59,023 nucleotides of DNA. Origin: Candidatus Beckwithbacteria bacterium (GTDB taxonomy: Bacteria > Patescibacteriota > Microgenomatia > UBA1400 > CG1-02-47-37). The stretch is from positions 1-59,023 of the forward strand of contig JAPLVF010000014.1 in NCBI GenBank assembly GCA_026397255.1, given 5' to 3'. Each line of letters starts with the position of its first letter. Position 1 is the first letter of the stretch. The notes below the pieces were generated by a model. It was not told where the DNA came from and searched no databases. It worked only from the letters and a program-made list of their open reading frames with translations. Positions 17,217 through 25,080 of the stretch are shown here, in pieces. Position numbers and translations under genes: made by a program.

Positions 17217-17867
17217 ATGAATCAAGCCCTTAGTACACCAGAAACGCATGCAGAAGCACTAGAATGGAATAAGATTATCAATGAGCAGGCGGACACCAAA
17301 GCTGGCCTTGATGAGTTAACCGGTGCCTATAACAGAAAAGGACTTAGAAGACTTTTAAGAAAAATGATTGCGGTTCCTGATAAATATAAAGATATTAACG
17401 GTCAGGATTTGGTTGGACAAAAAGTAGCGGTTTTAATGCTGGACTTAGACCATTTTAAAAGAATAAATGATATGTATGGTCATGGAGTTGGAGATAGAGT
17501 CCTTAACTCTTTCGCCCGACTTTTATTAAGGAATATTCATAACACTGATGCTTTAGTAAGAGTGGGGGGAGAGGAATTTTTACTGATACTGTTTGGAGAA
17601 GATAAATCCGGCAGAGCAACATACGAGGGAATTGATGAGAGATTAAAAGAATTGCCAATTTTAACAGGGAAAAATTCCAAGACAATGAGGGTGAATTTTA
17701 GCGCTGGTTTATGTGAGGTTGGTTGGGATAAAATGGTTAAGATTGCCGAAACGGATGACAGTCAATTAACGAACGTTTTTGCAGATGTTTATAAGCCGGC
17801 GGACAGGGCTTTATATCAGGCAAAACAAAGAGGAAGAGGTCAATTAGTAATTGCTTCAGAGCAGTAA
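17217..17867 (+). CDS. Stand-alone GGDEF-domain diguanylate cyclase (no recognisable sensor domain)
   Basis: LTGAYNRKGL, LDLDHFKRINDMYGH and the active site VRVGGEEFLLIL. ATG at 17217 is preferred over TTG at 17205. Confidence 0.8.
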   Translation: MNQALSTPETHAEALEWNKIINEQADTKAGLDELTGAYNRKGLRRLLRKMIAVPDKYKDINGQDLVGQKVAVLMLDLDHFKRINDMYGHGVGDRVLNSFARLLLRNIHNTDALVRVGGEEFLLILFGEDKSGRATYEGIDERLKELPILTGKNSKTMRVNFSAGLCEVGWDKMVKIAETDDSQLTNVFADVYKPADRALYQAKQRGRGQLVIASEQ

Positions 17868-18446
17868 ATTCGTAATCACATTTATCACCGGCATAATGAG
17901 TTTGATGGCTAAAGATGAGCCGCCGATGGGGAGAATTAACAAAATCAGTAAAACCGTACCGTAAGAGCGCATAAAGTCGTTGTATTCGTCAGCCCAGTCT
18001 AAAGGCAAGATGCCGTAAAGGATTTTAGAACCGTCAAGCGGGGGTATGGGCAGAAGATTGAAAATAGCCAGGTTAACATTAATAATAATTAAGGGAAGAA
18101 AAATAAGAGATAAGAGAGGGATGCCGGAAAGTTTGGTAATAATAGAAAGAATAGTGGCTAAAATCAGATTGCTGGCCGGACCGGCAAGAGAAATTAAGGC
18201 GGCGTCGCGTTTGGGGTGGCGCAGGTTAAAGGGGTCAAAAGGGACGGGTTTGCCCCAGCCGAAATGGAAAAATAAAAGCATCAAGGTGCCGATGGGGTCA
18301 AGATGGTTTAAGGGGTTAAGACTTAAACGTTTCATTAGTCTGGGAGTAGGGTCGCCTAATTTATCGGCCACCAGGGCGTGGCTAAATTCATGAACAGTTA
18401 GGGCGATTAAAAGCGCGGGAATAAAAATCAGGAAATCATTGAACAT
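17856..18446 (-). CDS. M50-family site-2 metalloprotease (short form, no PDZ)
   Basis: HEFSHALVA (HExxH) and NLLPIPPLDGS (NxxPxxxxDG) within a polytopic membrane protein. Confidence 0.8.
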   Translation of the reverse strand: MFNDFLIFIPALLIALTVHEFSHALVADKLGDPTPRLMKRLSLNPLNHLDPIGTLMLLFFHFGWGKPVPFDPFNLRHPKRDAALISLAGPASNLILATILSIITKLSGIPLLSLIFLPLIIINVNLAIFNLLPIPPLDGSKILYGILPLDWADEYNDFMRSYGTVLLILLILPIGGSSLAIKLIMPVINVITNLLL

Positions 18447-18450
18447 AATT

Positions 18451-18491
18451 TTAAATTAACCTAATTATTCTAATTGACCTAATTGACCTAA
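18451..18491 (+). promoter_or_regulatory. 41-nt AT-rich element shared with 50062-50102 (upstream of rpmB)
   Basis: TTAAATTAACCTAATTATTCTAATTGACCTAATTGACCTAA matches the rpsB-upstream copy at 37 of 41 positions. It contains tandem TAATTNACC units. Confidence 0.7.
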
Positions 18492-18502
18492 TGAATTATA
18501 GT
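18474..18502 (+). promoter_or_regulatory. Candidate rpmB promoter TTGACC-17-TATAGT, 10 nt before the ATG
   Basis: TTGACC at 18474-18479, TATAGT at 18497-18502. The 12-mer TTATAGTATATC recurs before topA (28150-28161). Confidence 0.45.
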
Positions 18503-18512
18503 ATATCCTGAT

Positions 18513-18704
18513 ATGTCACACAGGTGTCAAAAATGCGGTAAAGGTATCCAGTACGGGCATTTTGTATCGCATGCCAAAAACAGGGTATTAAGAGTATTCC
18601 AACCCAACTTAAAGCGGATAACGGTAATGGTTGACGGGAAAAAACAGAGAATGATTTTGTGTACCAGCTGTGTCCGCGCATTTAAGAAGCAAAATTTTAA
18701 ATAA
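18513..18704 (+). CDS. rpmB: 50S ribosomal protein L28
   Basis: MSHRCQKCGKGIQYGHFVSHAKNRVLRVFQPNLKR is the L28 pattern. Confidence 0.9.
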   Translation: MSHRCQKCGKGIQYGHFVSHAKNRVLRVFQPNLKRITVMVDGKKQRMILCTSCVRAFKKQNFK

Positions 18705-18729
18705 AAATTTCCTGCCCGGAAAAGCAAGT

Positions 18730-19062
18730 ATGGTAGGGGGGATCGAGTTAAGTAGTTTGGAAAAGCTGGTGACGGCAAGAGACGTGGGGTCTTTTATTCT
18801 TTTTATGGTAAATAGCCATATGGTTGAAGAAAATTTGGGAACACTGGAACAGAAATACCATGAAGCGGTTAACTTATGTGGCTACCCTTTTGTAATTAAA
18901 GAAGCATTAAGGAATATGATGGCAAGCCCGGCTGGGTTAGATAAGGACACAGGAGAGTTAAAACCCAAAGCACGGGAATTAATAGGGAAATTAGCGATTG
19001 ATGGATATTTAGATAGTTTTGTCCAGGAAATTAAAGCTGAAGTTCAAGCTCCTCAAATATAG
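18730..19062 (+). CDS. Hypothetical protein (110 aa)
   Basis: Open frame. ATG at 18730 is preferred because the track start at 18670 overlaps rpmB. No motif recognised. Confidence 0.4.
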   Translation: MVGGIELSSLEKLVTARDVGSFILFMVNSHMVEENLGTLEQKYHEAVNLCGYPFVIKEALRNMMASPAGLDKDTGELKPKARELIGKLAIDGYLDSFVQEIKAEVQAPQI

Positions 19063-19625
19063 AGACGGTTTTTATTAATATAGGCGGCAATTTTTTCAGG
19101 AACGAGGTGGTTAATGGTTAGGCCGGCTTGGAGGCGTTTGCGGACAATGGTAGAGGAAATATTGGTAATGACTTGTAAAGGATGTTCCAGAGTTTTCATG
19201 TTGGGATAAAGCGGCTGAAAAGTAAAGCCGGCGCGGGGGTAGATGTAAAAAGTCATGAGTTTTAATAATTTCTGCCAGTCATTCCAGAGGTCAAAAGTTT
19301 TTAACTGGTCCGAGCCCATCAGGAAAGAAAATTGGTGCTGCGGATAAGTCTTTTTTAAAAATTTAACCGAGTCAATGGTTTGTCCGGACATTTTTTTATC
19401 GATTTCGCAGGTTTGGACTTTAATGCGGTCCGTGGCTAATAATTTTGCCATGGCGAGGCGGAAATTGACCGGAGCTAAATCGTTATTTTTGACAAAAGTG
19501 TGCTGGTAGGTGGGCAGAAGCCAAATTTCATTTAAGTTTGGGATTAAGTCAAAAGTCTGGGTTAAAACAATTTCGTGGCCGAGGTGCGGTGGGTTGAAAC
19601 TGCCGCCGAAAAGAGTTATATTCAT
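19053..19625 (-). CDS. nadD: Nicotinate-nucleotide adenylyltransferase
   Basis: GGSFNPPHLGH (HxGH) and ISSTIVRKR (ISST) motifs. Confidence 0.85.
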   Translation of the reverse strand: MNITLFGGSFNPPHLGHEIVLTQTFDLIPNLNEIWLLPTYQHTFVKNNDLAPVNFRLAMAKLLATDRIKVQTCEIDKKMSGQTIDSVKFLKKTYPQHQFSFLMGSDQLKTFDLWNDWQKLLKLMTFYIYPRAGFTFQPLYPNMKTLEHPLQVITNISSTIVRKRLQAGLTINHLVPEKIAAYINKNRLYI

Positions 19626-19652
19626 GTCTTATTGTAACAGAAAAGGAGACAT

Positions 19653-19889
19653 ATGGCTGAAAAAGCCCCGATTCCCGTAGTAGGATTTGATTGCGGGAAA
19701 TTCCCAAGAGATTTATTAGAACAGTTTGGAGAGACAGCTGAAAGTATCCAGGTGAATATATTAAAGTTAGCAGGTTTAATGATCGTGAATGAACGATGTA
19801 GGAAAATTTTTGAAGAAGAGATTGGTAGGCCAATAACCGAGTATTTTAAAGAAATTGCCGATAACCCGCTTGAAACTGTTTCCAAGTAA
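19653..19889 (+). CDS. Hypothetical small protein (78 aa)
   Basis: Open frame with AAGGAG 7 nt upstream of the ATG. The 3' end overlaps the convergent fmt by 44 nt. Confidence 0.4.
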   Translation: MAEKAPIPVVGFDCGKFPRDLLEQFGETAESIQVNILKLAGLMIVNERCRKIFEEEIGRPITEYFKEIADNPLETVSK

Positions 19890-20526
19890 TTGGCTGTTTA
19901 GCTTCAAGCTGGAGCAAATTTTTGGGTAGAAGCTTTAAGGTTTTTTTATTGGGCATAGTAGTCCAGACACCCGGCCAGGGGAAAAGCGCGCGGATTTTAC
20001 GGTCTAGGGTTGGGGATTGGCGGGATTTTTTAAATTCTTCCCAAGAGATAAAGCCGTCTTGTTTGGTAAATTTACGGGTGAAGGTGGCTTGCGATTCGTC
20101 TTGTTTTTTTTGAGTAATTTTATTGTTCAAATAAGCAGGGAGGATGTTAACTAAAAGGTTCGCACCTTTAGTAAAACAGCGTTTCAGTAAATCCGGGGTG
20201 GTGTCGTCAGGTAAAATCGGTACTTTTTCCTGGGCGACAATCGGACCGGCGTCAAACTGATCAGTCATTTGAATAATGGAAATCCCCGATTCGGTTTCTC
20301 CTTTTAAGATTTGGCAAGGAACAGGCGTGGAGCCGCGGTAACGGGGCAAAAGCGAGGGGTGGAGATTGAGACCAGCGCTCTTTAGTTTTTGGCCATAGTC
20401 GGCGCTGATAACCAGATTGGTTTTGTCCGGCTGGTCAACAAGAGTATAGCCGGCCTGGATTAGGGCTTTTTTAACAATAGCCGAGTTGGCTGAAGAACCG
20501 AAGAAAAGAATAGAAATTGGCGGCAT
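19846..20526 (-). CDS. fmt: Methionyl-tRNA formyltransferase (short, 226 aa)
   Basis: LNLHPSLLPRYRGSTPV formyltransferase motif. It lies on the same strand as, and downstream of, def (21414-21944). Confidence 0.75.
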   Translation of the reverse strand: MPPISILFFGSSANSAIVKKALIQAGYTLVDQPDKTNLVISADYGQKLKSAGLNLHPSLLPRYRGSTPVPCQILKGETESGISIIQMTDQFDAGPIVAQEKVPILPDDTTPDLLKRCFTKGANLLVNILPAYLNNKITQKKQDESQATFTRKFTKQDGFISWEEFKKSRQSPTLDRKIRALFPWPGVWTTMPNKKTLKLLPKNLLQLEAKQPITWKQFQAGYRQFL

Positions 20527-20546
20527 AGATACAGTATAATAGGAGT

Positions 20547-20819
20547 ATGCCGTTAGGAAAACAACAATTAGCGAGCTGGCTGGACGAACATCGGGGTTTA
20601 TGGTGGTGGGTGGCAGATGTGACGAAACTATCTGATGAAAGTATTCTTGAGGGAGTAATGAATTACGGCGACTGGGCAGATTTTTTACAGCTAAAAAAAT
20701 GGTGGGGGTTAGATAAAATCCGTCTGTTATTTGAAAAAATGACCACCCAGAGGCGGGTTAATTTGCGGCCGCCTGTCCGGGTTTTGTTTAATGATTATTT
20801 AACTTTTCATGCTGACTAA
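20547..20819 (+). CDS. Small Trp-rich protein, putative partner/antitoxin of the downstream nucleotidyltransferase
   Basis: 90 aa, overlaps the next ORF by 11 nt. TATAAT (20535-20540) lies 6 nt upstream of the ATG. Confidence 0.45.
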   Translation: MPLGKQQLASWLDEHRGLWWWVADVTKLSDESILEGVMNYGDWADFLQLKKWWGLDKIRLLFEKMTTQRRVNLRPPVRVLFNDYLTFHAD

Positions 20820-21417
20820 AATTTTAACAAAAAATCAGCAGGAATTACTGCCTTTAATCAGCCAATTCTCTCCGCAGTTTTATTTGGTTGGCGGAACGGC
20901 GTTGACGCTGCAGTTGGGCCATCGGCGGTCGATTGATTTTGATCTGTTTTCAGAGAAAGATTTTAGAAATGACCTGATTATTAAAAAAATTAACCGGTAT
21001 TATCCGATCAGCCAAACTTATATTAATAGTAAAGATGAATTAACAGTTAAGGTAAATCAGGTAAAAATGAGTTGGTATAATTTTCCTTTCGTTGTACCGC
21101 ACGAAGTTAGTTGCGAAAAAATCATCACCATGCCGGATGTATTAACGATCTCTGCCATGAAAGTTTATGCCTTGGGCCAGCGGGCGAAATGGAAGGATTA
21201 CGTGGACTTGTATTTTATTTTCAGAAAATATTCGTTAGTAGAAGTTGTCAATCGGGCGAGTCAGTTATTTCCTAATCATATTAATGAACGTTTGCTGCGG
21301 GAGCAACTGGATTATTTTGCGGATGTTGATTATTCCGAAGATATAGAATACCTGCCGGGAATGGCGGTGAAAGATGAGATTATCAAAGAGGAGTTAAAAA
21401 AAATTGCAGTCAGTTAA
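20809..21417 (+). CDS. AbiEii/AbiGii-like nucleotidyltransferase (type IV TA toxin family)
   Basis: FYLVGGTALTLQLGHRRSIDFDLF N-terminal NTase signature and a length near 200 aa. Family assignment is from memory. Confidence 0.55.
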   Translation: MLTKILTKNQQELLPLISQFSPQFYLVGGTALTLQLGHRRSIDFDLFSEKDFRNDLIIKKINRYYPISQTYINSKDELTVKVNQVKMSWYNFPFVVPHEVSCEKIITMPDVLTISAMKVYALGQRAKWKDYVDLYFIFRKYSLVEVVNRASQLFPNHINERLLREQLDYFADVDYSEDIEYLPGMAVKDEIIKEELKKIAVS

Positions 21418-21944
21418 AACGGATTTTTAACTGGTTTGAGGTGGTCGCGGCCGGAGCCGAAATAAAGCTGTTCATCTGACTTTTTAATATAATCAATAAA
21501 TAAGATGCCGTTTAGGTGGTCGAGTTCGTGCTGAAAGTAAATCGAGTAAGGGGCGGTCAGGCGGACTGTTTTTGTCAGACTGCTGAGAGTTTGGTAGGAA
21601 ACTTTAATTTTTACCGGCCGGTCAACAAAGCCGTAGTAACCGGGGAAAGACAGACAACCTTCAAGAAATTGGTCGTTTTTGGGTAAAGACGAAAGCATTT
21701 TTTTTGAAGATTTTAAAATCTGGGGATTAATAATTACTTCAATTTTTTTAGTAGGGAACATCATGACAAAGACACGCCAAAGAGAGCCGATTTGGTTGGC
21801 GGCCAGGCCGACGCCGAGCGGTTCCCGGGGATCGGGAATAACCGTGGCCAGCAAATTTTTGGCCAGCTCGCGAATTTCTTCGTTAATAGTTTTGACAGGT
21901 TTAGCGGTTTGGCGCAGGATGGGGTTAGGGTAATTTAATATCAT
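21414..21944 (-). CDS. def: Peptide deformylase
   Basis: GVGLAANQIG, EGCLSFPG and QHELDHLNG motifs. Confidence 0.9.
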   Translation of the reverse strand: MILNYPNPILRQTAKPVKTINEEIRELAKNLLATVIPDPREPLGVGLAANQIGSLWRVFVMMFPTKKIEVIINPQILKSSKKMLSSLPKNDQFLEGCLSFPGYYGFVDRPVKIKVSYQTLSSLTKTVRLTAPYSIYFQHELDHLNGILFIDYIKKSDEQLYFGSGRDHLKPVKNPF

Positions 21945-23757
21945 AATTAGGTTTTAATTCCAGGGCTTGCTGAAGAGCTTGTTTAGCCAGTTGAGTTTGG
22001 TTTATTTGCTCATAAATCAGGCCTAAATTATAGTAAAGCTTGGCATCGGTGGGGGCCAGATAAATGGCTTTTTGAAGAGATTCGACAACATTTTGAGTAT
22101 ATTTTGTATCCAAGCTGCTTAAAAGCAGAAAAACTTTAATCCGGGATTTCCAGTAATTTAAGTGGACAGGGTTGGCTTGAATCACCTGGTCAGATTGGCT
22201 AATGGCCTCTTTAAGATAAAGGCCGCTTAATTTGGCGGCTTCGGTGGAGACCTGAGGGTTAGAGATTTGTCCGGAATAAAGATAAGCTAATTTAGCCAGG
22301 CTTTCGCTGTAGTCGTTCCGAAAAAGCGGTTCATTGGGTGAGAGGTCCACGGCCTGTTTTAAAGTTTGCGCGGCGCGGGGGATTTGGTTGGCATTGAGTA
22401 AATTGTGGCCTAAATTAAAAATTTTGTCGGCGCGCCAGAGATTAATAATAAAGATTAAAGAATAAAGATTAAGGAATAAAATAGTAATGATAAAAAGAGA
22501 TTGCCATTTGTTTAGAGAATAATTTGAATTTTTTGATATTGTTAGCCTAGGAGTTTGAAAGTTAACGGCGAAGGCGGGAAATAAGAAGAAAAATAAAGCG
22601 ACCGGGACGACGGAAAAGCCAAAAAAATTGGTGATTAAAATAGAAATAAAGCCTAAAAGAAGGGCAATAGCGTTTAGGGAGTAGGGCCTAGATAAAATCC
22701 AGATTAAAACCCAGAAGATAAATAATAAATAGGTGCCGAGGCCGAAAGCGCCGGTGGTAGCGAGATAGTTGACATATTCGTTATGGGCCTTGTTGTACAA
22801 GAAATCCCATTCGGAGAGCAGATTGTGGGCCGCGGGACGGAAGTTGTAATAAGAATAAGCGAAAGTCTCCACGCCGGAGCCAAAAACCGGATAGTGCTTC
22901 CAGACATCAAAGGCTCCCTGCCAGACGACGCGGCGGATTAACAAGGAAGAGGAACCGCCGAGCCGGGTGAGATTTTCCTCATTAATCAATTGGAGTGTTT
23001 TTTGATTATTGACGGCTAGCGGTGAAGACAGTAAATAATAACTGCCTCCGGTCAGTAAGGCGGCGATTAGAATAATTTTTAACAATCGTTTTTTGACTAG
23101 AAAAAAAACAAAGATTAAAAAAAGAGTAATTAAGGTAGCCCCCAAGCCGGACTGGCTTTTGGTGAAGTAAATGGTAAGTAAAAAAATTGGGGCGAGCCAG
23201 CGGGATAAAGGCACCAGAGCAATCAGGTAGGCGGCGAGCCAGTTAGGTTGGCCTAAGGTCGAAAAGACCCGGCTTTGGACATCCTGGACCCAAATAGTTT
23301 TATCAATCCCGAAATGTTCGGCGATAGCGTAAAGAGAAACAATCACAGCGGTTGATAAAATTACTTTTAAGCTTTTTTTAACCGAAATATTATTAGAAAC
23401 AAAGGCAAAATAAAGAGTGAGATAACAGATGGTGGATATCAAACCGCCGTGAAAGCGGGAATAGTAGCCCCAGAGTGAGGTGTGGACGTCAATCGAAAAA
23501 ACCGTCGAAAGAATTTGGGAGAGTAAAAATAAAACTAAAGGAATGTCAAACGGCGTCCGGCTGATGAGAATTTTTTTATTAACAATCATTTTAATAATCC
23601 AAGCTGAGGCAATAATTACCGTTAAGAAATAAACCGTAAGCATTTTATTAAATTCAAACAGCTCGTAGTTGTAAGGGGTGAGAATCAGGGGAACGATGAT
23701 AAATAAGGCGTAAAAAGAGAATTCGATGACTTTTGAACAGATTTTATTGAGGTTCAT
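21925..23757 (-). CDS. O-antigen ligase/polymerase-like polytopic membrane protein with C-terminal TPR repeats
   Basis: At least 10 TM helices, then TPR-like AKLYYNLGLIYEQINQTQLAKQALQQALELKPNY. The start at 23757 (MNLNK..) is preferred because 23790 would overlap the divergent mreB ATG. Confidence 0.65.
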   Translation of the reverse strand: MNLNKICSKVIEFSFYALFIIVPLILTPYNYELFEFNKMLTVYFLTVIIASAWIIKMIVNKKILISRTPFDIPLVLFLLSQILSTVFSIDVHTSLWGYYSRFHGGLISTICYLTLYFAFVSNNISVKKSLKVILSTAVIVSLYAIAEHFGIDKTIWVQDVQSRVFSTLGQPNWLAAYLIALVPLSRWLAPIFLLTIYFTKSQSGLGATLITLFLIFVFFLVKKRLLKIILIAALLTGGSYYLLSSPLAVNNQKTLQLINEENLTRLGGSSSLLIRRVVWQGAFDVWKHYPVFGSGVETFAYSYYNFRPAAHNLLSEWDFLYNKAHNEYVNYLATTGAFGLGTYLLFIFWVLIWILSRPYSLNAIALLLGFISILITNFFGFSVVPVALFFFLFPAFAVNFQTPRLTISKNSNYSLNKWQSLFIITILFLNLYSLIFIINLWRADKIFNLGHNLLNANQIPRAAQTLKQAVDLSPNEPLFRNDYSESLAKLAYLYSGQISNPQVSTEAAKLSGLYLKEAISQSDQVIQANPVHLNYWKSRIKVFLLLSSLDTKYTQNVVESLQKAIYLAPTDAKLYYNLGLIYEQINQTQLAKQALQQALELKPNYDIKLP

Positions 23758-23788
23758 AAGCAAAGTATAACATGATAGAATAAAATTC

Positions 23789-24835
23789 ATGTTAGATAAA
23801 TTGTTCGGACTTTTCAGTTATGATTTAGCGATTGATTTAGGGACGGCGAACACAGTGATTTTGGTGTTAGGTAAAGGGGTGGTGGTGAGGGAACCGACGG
23901 TGATTGCCAAAAGAAAAAAAACCAAAGAATTATTAGCAGTGGGTTCTGAAGCCAAAAAAATGTTAGGGAAAAATCCGGCAGGGATTGAGGTAATTAAGCC
24001 TTTGGAAGACGGGGTAATTGCCGATTTCGATGCTACCCGGGAAATGCTGAAGCACTATTTTGAGGAAATCCACCAGCACGTGGGTTTGATGCCTAAGTTG
24101 GCGCGGCCGAAAGTATTAATCGGTATTCCGGCCGGAGTGACTGAAGTAGAAAAGCGGGCGGTGCAGGAGGCGGCGTTGTCCGCCGGCGCCCGAGAAGCAT
24201 TGTTGGTGGAAGAACCGTTGGCATCGGCGATCGGCGTGGGTTTAAAAATTGACCGGGCGGAAGGACGGTTAATTGTGGACATTGGCGGCGGCACGACAGA
24301 AATTGCCGTGATTTCGTTAAACGGAATTGTGCTTAATAAATCACTGCGTTTGGCCGGGGAAGAAATGAATGAAGCCATTATTAAGTCGGTCCGGCTAAAA
24401 CACGGGATGTTACTGGGAGAGACAACGGCGGAAGATGTGAAGATTAACATTGGTTCGGCAATCCCCTTTGAAAAAGAAAAAAGTTTTGTGGTGCGCGGCC
24501 GGGATATGGAAAAAGGCTTACCGCGGTCGTTAAAATTAAAAAGCAGTGAAGTTCGGGAAACCATCGCGCCGGTAGTTCAGGAAATTATTGGGGCCATTGC
24601 TCAGACAATTGAAGAAACACCGCCGGAGCTGGTGGCAGATATTTTAAAACACGGGATTATTATGGCCGGGGGCGGGAGCAAACTTTATGGTATTGACAAG
24701 GTGGTGACGGAAATTACCAAAATGCCGGTTTGGGTGGCGGAAGAACCTCAGGATGCGGTGGTGAAAGGCTGTGCCAAGCTTTTGGCGGATGGAAAACTTT
24801 TAAGTGAGCTTAGGGTGCGAAGGGGGCTAAGATGA
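23789..24835 (+). CDS. mreB: MreB paralog (copy 2), adjacent to PBP2
   Basis: LAIDLGTANTVILV, DIGGGTTEIAVISLNG and MAGGGSKL. Confidence 0.9.
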   Translation: MLDKLFGLFSYDLAIDLGTANTVILVLGKGVVVREPTVIAKRKKTKELLAVGSEAKKMLGKNPAGIEVIKPLEDGVIADFDATREMLKHYFEEIHQHVGLMPKLARPKVLIGIPAGVTEVEKRAVQEAALSAGAREALLVEEPLASAIGVGLKIDRAEGRLIVDIGGGTTEIAVISLNGIVLNKSLRLAGEEMNEAIIKSVRLKHGMLLGETTAEDVKINIGSAIPFEKEKSFVVRGRDMEKGLPRSLKLKSSEVRETIAPVVQEIIGAIAQTIEETPPELVADILKHGIIMAGGGSKLYGIDKVVTEITKMPVWVAEEPQDAVVKGCAKLLADGKLLSELRVRRGLR

Positions 24836-25052
24836 GTTTCATGCCTTGCTGGTGACGTTGGCGCAAGTCACTAATTGTGTTTTTCAGCGAAGGTTGCCGG
24901 GGAACTTCCAGTTGGTAGATTTGAGCGTCGGGCGAGCCGGCGGATTGAACCGGCGGCAGTTTCGATGGGACAATTAAAATCGGAAATAAAATATAAATTA
25001 AAGCTAGGGTAAGAATGAAGACGAGGGAGTGCCAAAGAATGCGGACAGACAT
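24810..25052 (-). CDS. Possible small membrane protein (80 aa)
   Basis: MSVRILWHSLVFILTLALIYILFPILIV has an N-terminal TM. It fills the mreB-PBP2 gap on the opposite strand. Weak support. Confidence 0.3.
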   Translation of the reverse strand: MSVRILWHSLVFILTLALIYILFPILIVPSKLPPVQSAGSPDAQIYQLEVPRQPSLKNTISDLRQRHQQGMKLILAPFAP

Positions 25053-25080
25053 ACAATAGTTATACAATAATGATAAATAT

